This document shows, piece by piece, positions 17,140-27,119 of a stretch of DNA of 61,409 bases; the stretch's first letter is position 1, and each line of letters begins with the position of its first letter. Source of the stretch: Oscillospiraceae bacterium. Lineage in GTDB: Bacteria > Bacillota > Clostridia > Oscillospirales > Ruminococcaceae. Both the position numbers and the translations under genes were made by a program. The DNA lies in assembly GCA_015067245.1 (NCBI GenBank), contig SVMV01000001.1:1-61409 (forward strand). The letters are read 5' to 3'. The notes under the pieces are model-generated. The model searched no databases, was not told the DNA's origin, and saw only the letters and a list, made by a program, of their open reading frames with translations.

Positions 17140-17241
17140 ATGGCAAAAAACAAAAACCAGAACAGAAAAAACTCTAACGAACAGCAGAATCAGCAGAACA
17201 AACAGGAAAACCAGCAGAATCAGCAGAAAAACCAGAAGTAA
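17140..17241 (+). CDS. 33-aa Asn/Gln/Lys-rich small ORF (below the ORF-track length cutoff)
   Basis: GGAAAGGAG (17121-17129), a 10-nt spacer, then ATG 17140. Product MAKNKNQNRKNSNEQQNQQNKQENQQNQQKNQK, with TAA at 17239-17241. Internal ~27-nt duplication. A hairpin follows at 17304-17341. Confidence 0.45.
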   Translation: MAKNKNQNRKNSNEQQNQQNKQENQQNQQKNQK

Positions 17242-17301
17242 TTTTGCATAGAGATTTCTGCAAAGATATAAACTGTATCTGATACACTGTGATAAGCAGA
17301 T

Positions 17302-17346
17302 AAAAAGCAGGCTTGAGTGAAGTTTCAGTCAAGTCTGCTTTTGCTT
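17302..17346. terminator. bidirectional hairpin between the small ORF and the sugar-transferase gene
   Basis: AAAGCAGGCTTGA (17304-17316) / TCAAGTCTGCTTT (17329-17341, one G-U pair), flanked by an A-run and a T-run. Confidence 0.7.
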
Positions 17347-17354
17347 TACATTTT

Positions 17355-17939
17355 TTACTGTTTGCCTTCTTTTATACCATCTGCGCTTGCAACACTGAAG
17401 ATTGTTTTAAAGAAGATTTTTACATCATTTTTAAAGGTGATGTCTTTTACATAATCACCGTCATATTTCGCCTTGATATCAATCGGCAGCTCATCTCTGC
17501 CCATAACCTGTGCCAGACCTGTAAGTCCCGGACGCACATCGTTTGCACCATATTTATCGCGTTCGGCAATAAGGTCAAACTGATTCCACAAAGCAGGTCT
17601 TGGACCGATAATACTCATTTCGCCTTTAAAGATATTAAATATCTGCGGCAGTTCATCAAGGCTGGATTTGCGCAGAAATCTGCCGATTTTTGTAATTTTG
17701 CTTGCAGGGTCGGCCAGCAGGTGTGTCGGCACATCCTTTGGCACATCGGCATACATTGTGCGGAATTTTAAAATTTCAAAATGGGTTTTACCCTTGCCCA
17801 CCCTTTTCTGCTTAAAAAGCACAGGGCCCTTGCTGTCCAGCTTGATAAGGATTGCCAGCACAAGCAGTACTGGTGAAAGCACCACAATTGCACAAAGTGA
17901 TAAAACTATATCAATTAAACGTTTGATATACTGATACAT
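17355..17939 (-). CDS. small monotopic polyprenyl-phosphate sugar-phosphate transferase (PglC/WbaP C-terminal type)
   Basis: Re-entrant N-terminal helix (IKRLIDIVLSLCAIVVLSPVLLVLAILIKLDSKGPVLF.Q.R.G). KFRTM, DELPQ and GPRP motifs of the bacterial sugar transferase family. Confidence 0.9.
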   Translation of the reverse strand: MYQYIKRLIDIVLSLCAIVVLSPVLLVLAILIKLDSKGPVLFKQKRVGKGKTHFEILKFRTMYADVPKDVPTHLLADPASKITKIGRFLRKSSLDELPQIFNIFKGEMSIIGPRPALWNQFDLIAERDKYGANDVRPGLTGLAQVMGRDELPIDIKAKYDGDYVKDITFKNDVKIFFKTIFSVASADGIKEGKQ

Positions 17940-17953
17940 AAAATTCTCCGTTA

Positions 17954-19843
17954 TTAATAATGGTCTTCGATAATCATATGATTAAATGTAGGCACCATAT
18001 CTTCAATCTTCTTCAAAAGCTTTTCACGCTCATTTTCATAGGCTGTTGCCTTAAGCTCCAAAAGGTCGGTAAAGAAACGTGAGGCATCCATTTTAAGGGG
18101 TGCGCCAATAAAGATTTTGTTGTTGTCTGTTTTACGCAGACCTTCTTCGTCCATAAGCAGCTCTTCGTAAAGCTTTTCGCCAGGACGCAGACCTGTAAAG
18201 ACAATATCAATATCCTTGTAAGGAATAAGCCCTGACATCTTGATAAGGTTTTCGGCCAGTGTGACAATTTTAACTGGCTCGCCCATATCAAGAACAAAAA
18301 TTTCACCGCTTTTTTTGCTGATAGCACCAGCTTCCAGCACCAGAGAAACAGCCTCTGGAATGGTCATAAAGTAGCGTATAACATCTTTGTCTGTAACTGT
18401 AAGTGGCCCGCCCTCTGCCAGCTGTTCTTTAAACAGCGGGATTACAGAACCATTGGAGCCAAGAACATTGCCAAAACGCACAGCTGCAAAAGTTGTTGTG
18501 CCTTCGGTATTTTCGGCAATATTCTGTATAATCATCTCGCAGATACGTTTGGTTGCCCCCATTACATTTGTAGGGTTAACAGCCTTGTCGGTAGAGATAA
18601 GAACAAATTTTTCAACATTGTATTTCTCTGCACAAAGTGCACAGTTATATGTGCCAAAAACGTTGTTTTTAACAGCTTCTTCAGGGGCATCTTCCATAAG
18701 CGGAACATGCTTGTGGGCTGCTGCATGGAAAACAACATCTGGTCTTAACTCGTTAAACAGGTCATCAATTTTCTTTGTGTCACGCACAGATGCAATTCTT
18801 ACATCAAGGTCAAGCTTTTTGCCGTATTTGCGCTTAAGCTCCTGCTGTATAGAGTATGCACTGTTTTCGTAGATATCCACAACTATCAGTTTTTTAGGTT
18901 TGAAGTTTGCAATCTGACGGCACAGTTCGCTGCCTATAGAACCGCCGCCACCTGTAACCATAATAGTTTTGTTGTTGATAAAATTAAAAGCCTCTTCTGC
19001 AAGCACAATTGGCTCACGTCCAAGCAGGTCTTCTACCTTAACATCGGTGATGCGAGAGAGAATATCCTCGTCGTCCTTGATAATTTTTACGATGTCAGGC
19101 AACATACGGATATTGCAGTTTGTGGATGCACAGATATCCAGTATGCGTTTTTTGTTCTGACTGTCAAGGGTTGGAATTGCGATAAGTATAGTTTCTATCT
19201 GGCACTGCTGACAAAGTGCTGGAATATCATCTGTTGTGCCAAGCACCTGCACACCAAGCAGGTTGCGGCCGACCTTGTTTTTATCATCGTCAACAACACA
19301 GATAACGTTCATCTCTTTTGTTGGGTTTTTGTTGATTTCGTGCAGCAGGGTTGATGCGGCATCACCTGCACCCACAACCAGCACTCTGCGGCGTTTTTTG
19401 CCCATTTTGTTTATTTTGATGTTGCGGTACATACGATAAACAAGGCGGATATACAGCGTAAATGTGGTTGCAAACATCGCAGACAGACCATAAACGCTTA
19501 ACGGAATGCGGCGTTCCTGGAACAGAATAAGTGTCATAACCACAAATATACACGTAGCAATAACCGACGACATACAGCAGCGGAATATCTCTACAATTTC
19601 TGCATAACGCCACAAACTGTCATACATACCTGTTGTTGCATAAACAATTGCAAAGCAGCTTACAAACAGAAAACAGCTGGAAACAAGCAGGCTGAAATAA
19701 GCCTCCATATCCGCACGTCCGGAAATGAGAACCCATGTAAGAGAATATGCAATGGCAACCACCAGTATATCCATAAGCAGCAGAATTGTTCTGCGGTGCT
19801 TTGACAGCAATGCCGTTGTTTTTTTATTTATATAGTCAGACAT
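17954..19843 (-). CDS. membrane-anchored CapD/PglF-type nucleotide-sugar 4,6-dehydratase
   Basis: Four N-terminal TM helices and two Rossmann GxxGxxG sites (VVGAGDAAS; VTGGGGSIGSEL). Polysacc_synt_2-type core. ATG 19843 follows GGGAGA; the ORF track starts at TTG 19861. Confidence 0.9.
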   Translation of the reverse strand: MSDYINKKTTALLSKHRRTILLLMDILVVAIAYSLTWVLISGRADMEAYFSLLVSSCFLFVSCFAIVYATTGMYDSLWRYAEIVEIFRCCMSSVIATCIFVVMTLILFQERRIPLSVYGLSAMFATTFTLYIRLVYRMYRNIKINKMGKKRRRVLVVGAGDAASTLLHEINKNPTKEMNVICVVDDDKNKVGRNLLGVQVLGTTDDIPALCQQCQIETILIAIPTLDSQNKKRILDICASTNCNIRMLPDIVKIIKDDEDILSRITDVKVEDLLGREPIVLAEEAFNFINNKTIMVTGGGGSIGSELCRQIANFKPKKLIVVDIYENSAYSIQQELKRKYGKKLDLDVRIASVRDTKKIDDLFNELRPDVVFHAAAHKHVPLMEDAPEEAVKNNVFGTYNCALCAEKYNVEKFVLISTDKAVNPTNVMGATKRICEMIIQNIAENTEGTTTFAAVRFGNVLGSNGSVIPLFKEQLAEGGPLTVTDKDVIRYFMTIPEAVSLVLEAGAISKKSGEIFVLDMGEPVKIVTLAENLIKMSGLIPYKDIDIVFTGLRPGEKLYEELLMDEEGLRKTDNNKIFIGAPLKMDASRFFTDLLELKATAYENEREKLLKKIEDMVPTFNHMIIEDHY

Positions 19844-19982
19844 AAGCGTCTCCCTAAACAAGTTTCTTTTTAATCCTTATAATTTTACACCATTTTACAG
19901 TAATAATCAATTAAAAACATAAAAATACTTATATATAAAGCAGTATTTTCACATTATCAATAGTATTTCCACATAAATACGT

Positions 19983-20018
19983 ACAAAACAGGCAGTCTTT
20001 GTCAGACTGCCTGTTTGT
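19983..20018 (-). terminator. intrinsic terminator of prfC
   Basis: ACAAAACAGGCAGTCT / AGACTGCCTGTTTGT. On the minus strand the hairpin is followed by TTTTGT. Confidence 0.75.
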
Positions 20019-20045
20019 ATACTGATATAATTTAACCTGTACTTT

Positions 20046-21635
20046 TTATTTGCCGATTTCAGCAAGGATAAGGTCCGGGTTCTTTTCTGTTGCCCAGTTA
20101 ACATTCCATGGGCTTGTAAACAGCAGAAGTTTGCGGTTTTTAAAGTCTTCAACACATTTTGTGTCGGAAGTAAGGTTGAGCTTTTTAACCTCAATCTCTT
20201 CGTTTTCAATCCAGCGGATATGTGCATAAGGAAGCGGTGTTATGCGGATATCAACATTGTATTCGGTTTTGAGACGGTGTTCCAGAACTTCCAGCTGAAG
20301 AACGCCAACAACGCCTACAATAACCTCTTCCATACCGCCGCCCAGCTCTTTGAATATCTGGATTGCACCTTCCTGCGCAATCTGTTCCATACCCTTTACA
20401 AACTGTTTGCGCTTCATTGTATCCACCTGGGAAATACGTGCAAAGTGCTCAGGCGCAAAGGTTGGAATGCTTGCAAATTTAAAAGGCTTTTTTGCCGTTG
20501 TTATTGTGTCACCGATAGAGAAAATACCTGGGTCGAAAATGCCGATGATATCCCCTGCAAATGCTTCATCAACAGTTTCGCGTTCACTTGCCATAAGCTG
20601 TGTGGACTGTGCAAGCTTAATTTTTTTGCCAGCCTGAACGTGAAATACGTCCATGCCTCGTTCAAACCTGCCGCTGCAGATACGCATAAATGCAATTCTG
20701 TCTCGGTGAGCCTTGTTCATATTGGCCTGAATTTTAAATACAAAAGCAGAAAAATCTTCGCTTTTAGGGTCGATAAGGCCTGCGTCAGAATTTCTTGCCA
20801 ACGGTGATGTTGTAAGCGCAAGGAATTCTTTGATAAACGGTTCAACACCAAAGTTTGTAAGGGCAGAGCCAAAGAAAACAGGAGTGAGCTTACCTGTGTT
20901 GATTTTTTCGCGGTCAAAATCTGCCGCTGCGCCTTCGATAAGTTCAATATCGTCCTGCAGCTGCTGGTGAAGCGGTGCTGTAAGCAGTTCGTCCAGATTG
21001 TCATCGCCGATTTTGGCCTTTGTTGCAATAGCCTGGTTTACACCTACCTTGCCGTCGTGGCTGAAAGCAATGATTTCCTGATTGTTGCGGTCATAAACGC
21101 CTTTAAAATCTTTGCCGCTGCCGATTGGCCAGTTCATAGGATAAGTTTCGATACCAAGCACATCTTCAATTTCCTGCAGAAGGTCAAACGGGTCCTGGCT
21201 TTCGCGGTCCATTTTGTTGATAAATGTAAAGATAGGAATATTTCTCAGTGTGCAAACCTTAAACAGTTTTTTTGTCTGTGTTTCAACACCTTTTGCAGCG
21301 TCAATAACCATAACTGCGCTGTCTGCTGCCATAAGTGTGCGGTATGTGTCTTCGGAGAAGTCCTGATGTCCAGGTGTATCAAGAATATTTACGCAGTATC
21401 CGTCGTAGTTGAACTGCATAACAGATGATGTAACAGAGATACCACGCTGTTTTTCGATTTCCATCCAGTCGGATGTTGCTGCACGGGCACCTTTTTTACC
21501 CTTAACAATACCAGCCTGCTGAATTGCACCGCCGTATAAAAGCAATTTTTCTGTAAGTGTTGTTTTACCTGCGTCAGGGTGAGAGATAATCGCAAAAGTG
21601 CGGCGTTTATCAATCTGATTAACAAAATCTTTCAC
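20046..21635 (-). CDS. prfC: peptide chain release factor 3 (translational GTPase)
   Basis: RRTFAIISHPDAGKTTLTEKLLL.GGAI..AG.VK......A.SDWME.EKQRGISV.SSVMQF, DTPGH and NKMD motifs. GTG start follows GGAGG. Confidence 0.95.
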   Translation of the reverse strand: MKDFVNQIDKRRTFAIISHPDAGKTTLTEKLLLYGGAIQQAGIVKGKKGARAATSDWMEIEKQRGISVTSSVMQFNYDGYCVNILDTPGHQDFSEDTYRTLMAADSAVMVIDAAKGVETQTKKLFKVCTLRNIPIFTFINKMDRESQDPFDLLQEIEDVLGIETYPMNWPIGSGKDFKGVYDRNNQEIIAFSHDGKVGVNQAIATKAKIGDDNLDELLTAPLHQQLQDDIELIEGAAADFDREKINTGKLTPVFFGSALTNFGVEPFIKEFLALTTSPLARNSDAGLIDPKSEDFSAFVFKIQANMNKAHRDRIAFMRICSGRFERGMDVFHVQAGKKIKLAQSTQLMASERETVDEAFAGDIIGIFDPGIFSIGDTITTAKKPFKFASIPTFAPEHFARISQVDTMKRKQFVKGMEQIAQEGAIQIFKELGGGMEEVIVGVVGVLQLEVLEHRLKTEYNVDIRITPLPYAHIRWIENEEIEVKKLNLTSDTKCVEDFKNRKLLLFTSPWNVNWATEKNPDLILAEIGK

Positions 21636-21866
21636 AGTTTTCCTCCATTTATAATTAAATATAATACTATAGTATTGTATATTGTTAAAAAATCCTAAAC
21701 TATTAAAACATATTTGTGTATTACTTGCAAGTTTTTATTGCATTATTTGTACAATTTTTTCATAAATATATACAATTTACCCCTTTTAAAGAATTTTTTT
21801 TTGATATATAATAGTATTTGTAGAAATATGAACTATTTAAATCAACTTGAGAAAAGGAATCTGAAT

Positions 21867-22745
21867 ATGCAATACACCATTAAGAACACTCATCTCACGC
21901 TTACCGTAGACAGCCTTGGCGCACAGATGGTCAGCATCAAAAACGAAGCAGGCGAAGAAATGCTGTGGCAGGCAGACAAAAGCGTATGGGGTTACAGCGC
22001 ACCTGTTCTCTTTCCTTGGACAGGCAGAATGAAAGAGGGCAAATTTATCGTTGAGGGCGAAGAATTTGCAGCGGCAAACCACGGTTTTATACGCAATGTG
22101 GAACACACTCTTGTTTTAAAAGAAGATAATCTTATTATATTTGAATTCAAAGCAAATGCTGAAAGCAGAAAAAAATTCCCTTACAATTTTGTTTTCAGAA
22201 CCAGCTTTGTGTTAAGCGGACATTCTGTTCACCACAAAATTGATGTTACAAATATAGACAGCTGCAACCTTGGCTTTGGCCTTGGTTTTCACCCTGGCTT
22301 TAACCTGCCTTTTGATTCAAAACACAAAACCGAAGATTATTATATAGAATTTGACACACCGCAGTCACCGAAAGTTGTTACCTTCAGCGACCGTTTTCTT
22401 ACAGACGGCGGCAGTTATATCTATGGCGAAAACATCTCTCAGATTCCGCTTAAGGACAATTTCTTTGAAAATGATTCTCTCCTTTTCTCTGGCCTTACTG
22501 CAAAAACAGTGTCCATTGTAGAAAAAGATACAGGCAAACGCATAGAATTTGATGTACAGGATTTTCCTTATGTTACACTGTGGACAGCAGCAACACCTGT
22601 TACAAAATTCTTCTGTGTTGAACCTTGGCTTTCCACCCCTGACAGGGAAGATTCTTCCCTGCATTGGGACAAGAAAGAACATGCTATAAACTTGAAACCG
22701 GGCGAAGCTTATCATATCTTATCCAGAATGAGAATCACAAGATAG
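21867..22745 (+). CDS. aldose 1-epimerase (galactose mutarotase-like) family protein
   Basis: ORF 21714..22745. ATG 21867 follows AAAAGGAA. Family-like motifs are present (PVLFPWTGR, HGF.RN, GFHPGFN, EPW). Confidence 0.75.
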   Translation: MQYTIKNTHLTLTVDSLGAQMVSIKNEAGEEMLWQADKSVWGYSAPVLFPWTGRMKEGKFIVEGEEFAAANHGFIRNVEHTLVLKEDNLIIFEFKANAESRKKFPYNFVFRTSFVLSGHSVHHKIDVTNIDSCNLGFGLGFHPGFNLPFDSKHKTEDYYIEFDTPQSPKVVTFSDRFLTDGGSYIYGENISQIPLKDNFFENDSLLFSGLTAKTVSIVEKDTGKRIEFDVQDFPYVTLWTAATPVTKFFCVEPWLSTPDREDSSLHWDKKEHAINLKPGEAYHILSRMRITR

Positions 22746-22785
22746 CAGTTTTATTATCTGCTTTTCCAATATAATATGCAAAAAT

Positions 22786-22820
22786 CAACCGCCCTGTTTT
22801 TCAACAAGGCGGTTTTTTGT
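22786..22820. terminator. bidirectional terminator (epimerase / AI-2E genes converge)
   Basis: AACCGCC.TGTT / AACA.GGCGGTT stem followed by TTTTTG, with an A-run upstream. Confidence 0.75.
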
Positions 22821-22826
22821 TTATCT

Positions 22827-23972
22827 CTATTTAAGCTTTTCTTTTGATATTTTTTTCTGTTCAATGCGCAGTTCCACAACTGCTTTTGCTATTGTAAAGC
22901 AAACCGATGTAAGCGGAATAAACACCAGCATACCAGCAACACCAAACAGATTGCCGCCAACTATAACTGCGGCAAAAACCAGTATAGGCGGCAGACCAAC
23001 TGAGTTGCCAACAACTTTAGGGTAGATTACATTGCCTTCTATCTGCTGTATAATAAGGAACATAATCACAAACCATACTGCCTGCATTGGATTTATCATA
23101 AGAATCAGAAATGCGCCTACCGCACAGCCGATAAATGCCCCTACAATAGGGATAAGCGCTGTAACCATAATCAGCACACCTACCAACAGTGCGTACGGCA
23201 TGCGGAATACTGTCATGGCAACTATAAACATACTGCCAAGTATAACCGCCTCAAGACACTGACCTGATAAAAAGTTGGTGAATGTGCGGTTTGCCATGTG
23301 CAGAACATCAACTATGCCGTCTGCTGTATTCTCTTTAAACAGTGCATAGATAAGCTTTTTGCAGCCTCTGCCCAGCTTTTCTTTGGAGAACAGAATATAT
23401 ATACAAAAGATAAAAGCCAGTATAAACTGGGTGATTATATTGACAAGCCCAGTGATAAGGCTTGTGGAAGAAGCTATAACACCGCTTGCAATACTTTGAA
23501 CCGCTTTTATTACCGTTGCAGAAATGTTGGACCACTCTATCTGCAGTGAGTTTACAGTTTCTTCGGTAAGGTTATATTTGGCAGCCAGGTCAGCAACAAT
23601 CTGCGGCAGACGGTCGTAAAGCTTTTGCAGTTCTGCAATAAGCATCTGCAATGTGCTGGCAAGCTCTGGCACTGCAATAAACATAACCAGATACACCACA
23701 AATACAACCATAAGCAGAGTTATAACAAAAGCCAGCGGACGTTTTGCCTTTTTAAGCTTTTTAAAGCGGTTTAAAAGCTTTTTCTCCACAAATGTCATAG
23801 GTACATTGATAACAAACGCCATTGCACCGCCTATGGCGAAAACACCAAAAACACCCCAGAGATATTTAAGGCCTGAAAGTACAATGCCAAATTCTTTAAG
23901 CAAAAAATAAAACAGTATTGATATAAAAATTATACGCAGGATACCTTTTGTCTGCTTTTTATTAAATTCCAT
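22827..23972 (-). CDS. AI-2E family transporter (PerM/UPF0118)
   Basis: 381 aa, about 8 TM segments, and the conserved C-terminal motif QQIEGNVIYPKVVGNSVGLPP. Confidence 0.9.
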   Translation of the reverse strand: MEFNKKQTKGILRIIFISILFYFLLKEFGIVLSGLKYLWGVFGVFAIGGAMAFVINVPMTFVEKKLLNRFKKLKKAKRPLAFVITLLMVVFVVYLVMFIAVPELASTLQMLIAELQKLYDRLPQIVADLAAKYNLTEETVNSLQIEWSNISATVIKAVQSIASGVIASSTSLITGLVNIITQFILAFIFCIYILFSKEKLGRGCKKLIYALFKENTADGIVDVLHMANRTFTNFLSGQCLEAVILGSMFIVAMTVFRMPYALLVGVLIMVTALIPIVGAFIGCAVGAFLILMINPMQAVWFVIMFLIIQQIEGNVIYPKVVGNSVGLPPILVFAAVIVGGNLFGVAGMLVFIPLTSVCFTIAKAVVELRIEQKKISKEKLK

Positions 23973-24276
23973 GAATACACATCCTTATTATGATAGCTAT
24001 ACGCTATCACAGTTTTGTGATAATTGTATTAAAAACCGCCATATAAATCAATAAGTTTTTAATTTAGTATTTTTTGTATATGTGTTTATTTTATAAACCA
24101 TTTTTAGTTTGTATATATTTTTATAATTTGTAAAAAATAAAAAGTTTATTTTTTTCTTAATTTCGATTTTGCCATTTACAATACAAAAACTTTTTGTTAC
24201 AATGAAGCCGAAATTAAGCTGTTAAACAATAAGCTTTATTATAAAAACAAAAAAAATTAAAAGAGAGGTAAAAAAC

Positions 24277-25668
24277 ATGAACTATCGTTTAGAAAGCGAC
24301 TCCGTTGGCGAAAAACAGGTTCCTGCAGAGGCTTACTATGGTGTACAGTCACTCAGAGCCAAAGAAAACTTCAACATCACAGGCAAGATGATTCCTACAG
24401 TGCAGATTTACTCCCTTGCAGAAATCAAAAAAGCATGTGCAATCGCAAACAAAGGCGCTGGCACACTCAGCGCAGAAATTGCAGACAAAATTGTTGAAGC
24501 TTGTGACGAACTGCTTGCAGACAAATTCCACGGCGAATTTATCACAGACCAGATTCAGGGCGGCGCAGGCACATCCACAAATATGAACGCAAACGAAGTT
24601 ATCGCAAACATTGCTCTTGAAAAAATGGGCAAAGAAAAAGGCGACTACAAATTCTGCCATCCAAACGACCACGTAAATATGGCACAGTCCACAAACGACG
24701 TTTACCCAACAAGCCTCAAACTTTCTATCTATAAAACAGGTATGCAGCTTACTGCTAAACTTGACGAACTGTACAATGCTTTGATGGCTAAAAGCGAAGA
24801 GTTCCGCAATGTTCTCAAACTGGGCAGAACACAGCTTATGGACGCTGTACCTGTAACACTTGGTCAGGAATTCCACGCCTATGCTTCTGCAGTGGCACGC
24901 GACAAAAAACGCATTGAAAATGCACTTAAAGAAATGCTGGTTGTAAATATGTCCGCAACAGCTATCGGCACAGGCATCAACTCCAGCGAATACTTCTTCA
25001 ACAACATTGTTCCAACACTCAGCGAAGTAACAGGTCTTCCACTTACACAGTGCGACGATATGATTGACGGCACACAGAACATCGACGGTTTCTCGGTTGT
25101 ATCTTCTTCCCTTAAAACTTGTGCTATCAGCCTTAGCAAAATGAGTAACGACATCCGTCTTATGAACGGCGGTCCAAAAGCTGGTCTTGCAGAAATCACA
25201 ATCCCTGCAAAACAGAACGGTTCTTCCATCATGCCTGGCAAAATCAACCCTGTTATCCCAGAAGTTATGAACCAGTGCTGCTTTGCAGTTATGGGCAACG
25301 ACTTTACAGTAACAATGGCTTGCGAAGCAGGTCAGCTGGAACTCAACGCATTTGAACCTGTTGTATTCAACAGAATTTACGATTCCATGTCCATGCTTAT
25401 GAACGGCATCGACACACTTATCGTTAACTGCATCAACGGTATCGTTGCAAACGAAGAAAGATGCAAAGACCTGCTTTATCACTCCACAGGCTTTGTTACA
25501 GCACTCTGCCCTGTTATCGGTTACAAAGCAAGCGCTGACATCGCTAAAAAATTCCTTAAAGACGGCACACCAATTGTAGAAGGCGCATTGGCAATGGGCG
25601 TTACACAGGAACAGCTTGACGAAGCACTCAACGCAGAAAAACTCTGCCGTCAGTTTGACAAACATTAA
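24277..25668 (+). CDS. aspA: aspartate ammonia-lyase (class II fumarase/aspartase family)
   Basis: VPAEAYYGVQSLRA, QGGAGTSTNMNANEV, PNDHVNMAQSTNDVYPT, and the SS-loop GSSIMPGKINPVIPEV. PV.PEV is aspartase-like; fumarase has PTQ. Confidence 0.8.
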   Translation: MNYRLESDSVGEKQVPAEAYYGVQSLRAKENFNITGKMIPTVQIYSLAEIKKACAIANKGAGTLSAEIADKIVEACDELLADKFHGEFITDQIQGGAGTSTNMNANEVIANIALEKMGKEKGDYKFCHPNDHVNMAQSTNDVYPTSLKLSIYKTGMQLTAKLDELYNALMAKSEEFRNVLKLGRTQLMDAVPVTLGQEFHAYASAVARDKKRIENALKEMLVVNMSATAIGTGINSSEYFFNNIVPTLSEVTGLPLTQCDDMIDGTQNIDGFSVVSSSLKTCAISLSKMSNDIRLMNGGPKAGLAEITIPAKQNGSSIMPGKINPVIPEVMNQCCFAVMGNDFTVTMACEAGQLELNAFEPVVFNRIYDSMSMLMNGIDTLIVNCINGIVANEERCKDLLYHSTGFVTALCPVIGYKASADIAKKFLKDGTPIVEGALAMGVTQEQLDEALNAEKLCRQFDKH

Positions 25669-25694
25669 TAAAATATATAAAGGAGAACACCACA

Positions 25695-26867
25695 ATGGAC
25701 AGAAGAGAAATTGCTCTTAAAGCTCACAAAGAATGGGAAGGCAAAATTGAAGTTGTTTCCCGTGCAAAAGTTACAAACAGAGAAGAACTTGCTGTGGCAT
25801 ATACACCAGGCGTTGCTGAACCTTGTATTGAAATCCAGAAGGACGAAAGCAAAGCTTATGACTACACAAGAAAAGGCAACCTTGTTGCTGTTATCACAAA
25901 CGGCACTGCTGTTCTTGGACTTGGTGATATCGGCCCAAGCGCAGGTATGCCTGTTATGGAAGGCAAATGTGTTCTCTTTAAAGAGTTTGCAGGCGTAGAC
26001 GCTTTTCCTATCTGTGTAGACAGCAAAGACCCTGACGAAATTGTTAACGTTATCTACAAAATCTCCAAAAGCTTTGGCGGCATCAACCTGGAAGACATCG
26101 GCGCACCAACCTGCTTTGAAGTTGAAAGAAGACTTAAAGAAATGTGCGACATTCCTGTTTTCCACGACGACCAGCACGGCACAGCTATTGTTGTAACAGC
26201 TGCTATGCTTAACGCTGCTAAACTCAAAGGCAAAAAACCTGAAGAACTGCGTGTTGTTCTCAACGGTGCAGGTGCTGCAGGCATCTCCATTGCAAGACTT
26301 CTTATGAGCGCAGGCTTTACAAATATGACACTTTGCGATATATTTGGCATTCTTGTTGAAGGCGGCCAGGCAAACACAGATGCACAGAGAGAAATGGCAA
26401 AGGTTACAAACAGAGAAATGCGCACAGGCACACTTGCTGATGCTATGGTTGGCGCAGACGTATTTGTTGGCGTATCCCGCGGTAACCTTGTAAACGAAGA
26501 AATGGTTGCTTCCATGAACGAAAAACCAATCATTCTTGCTATGGCTAACCCAACACCTGAAATTATGCCTGACAAAGCACTTGCTGCGGGCGCATACATT
26601 GTTGGCACAGGCCGTTCTGACTTCCCTAACCAGATTAACAACGTGCTTGTATTCCCTGGTATCTTCAAGGGTGCACTCAAAGTAAGAGCAACAGATATTA
26701 CAGAAAGCATGAAACTTACAGCTGCAAAAGCTATTGCTTCTGTTATTACAGACGAAGAACTTAACCCAGAATACATCATTCCAGACCCATTTGATCCAAG
26801 AGTTGCAAATGTTGTAAGCGAAGCTGTTGCGGCAGAAGCAGTAAGACTTGGAATCAACAGAATTTAA
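25695..26867 (+). CDS. NAD(P)-dependent malic enzyme (short, about 390-aa form)
   Basis: ..[14 protein letters not shown]...........[43 protein letters not shown].. and GAGAAGI Rossmann motif. Confidence 0.92.
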   Translation: MDRREIALKAHKEWEGKIEVVSRAKVTNREELAVAYTPGVAEPCIEIQKDESKAYDYTRKGNLVAVITNGTAVLGLGDIGPSAGMPVMEGKCVLFKEFAGVDAFPICVDSKDPDEIVNVIYKISKSFGGINLEDIGAPTCFEVERRLKEMCDIPVFHDDQHGTAIVVTAAMLNAAKLKGKKPEELRVVLNGAGAAGISIARLLMSAGFTNMTLCDIFGILVEGGQANTDAQREMAKVTNREMRTGTLADAMVGADVFVGVSRGNLVNEEMVASMNEKPIILAMANPTPEIMPDKALAAGAYIVGTGRSDFPNQINNVLVFPGIFKGALKVRATDITESMKLTAAKAIASVITDEELNPEYIIPDPFDPRVANVVSEAVAAEAVRLGINRI

Positions 26868-26902
26868 TTTTACAAAAATAAAATTTAATACAACAAACTA
26901 AA

Positions 26903-26985
26903 GTGTCATTCTGAGCGCAGCGAAGAATCCCCCTATCTTATCTGATTGAGAGATTCTTCGTCACCTGCGTTTCTCAGAATGACAT
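26903..26985. repeat. nested-palindrome intergenic element, copy 3 of 3
   Basis: GTGTCATTCTGAG (26903-26915) ... CGAAGAATC ... GAGATTCTTCG ... CTCAGAATGACAT (26973-26985). Lies just downstream of the malic-enzyme gene, with a T-rich right flank. Confidence 0.9.
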
Positions 26986-27119
26986 ATTTTTATTATCATG
27001 GTGATTTGTGCACACATGACTTTTGTCAATTTATATTTACAATATCCATTGATTTTTTTGTTGTTTAAAAGTAGTATATAATTATAAAAAACAAATAATT
27101 TTTCAAAGGAGATTTGTCT

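Noticed and set aside
17060-17251. A 63-aa ORF appears in the supplied track here.
   Set aside because: It has no SD before its ATG and an odd Arg/Thr/Ser-rich product. The overlapping 33-aa ORF in another frame has a strong SD and is the better candidate.
21714-21866. The track shows long 5' extensions for several ORFs: 21714 here, and also 5114, 33797, 58913, 44413, 4846 and 53857.
   Set aside because: The extensions are AT-rich, lack an SD, and encode implausible Phe/Ile/Asn/Tyr-rich peptides. In each case an internal ATG or GTG with a good SD matches the expected protein N-terminus.
24349-25695. A 448-aa ORF lies antisense to the whole of aspA.
   Set aside because: Its composition (Cys/Phe/Val/Asn/Lys-rich, no SD, no recognisable motif) is what the reverse complement of a strongly codon-biased gene gives. 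The sense strand encodes an unambiguous aspartase, so I treat this as a shadow ORF.
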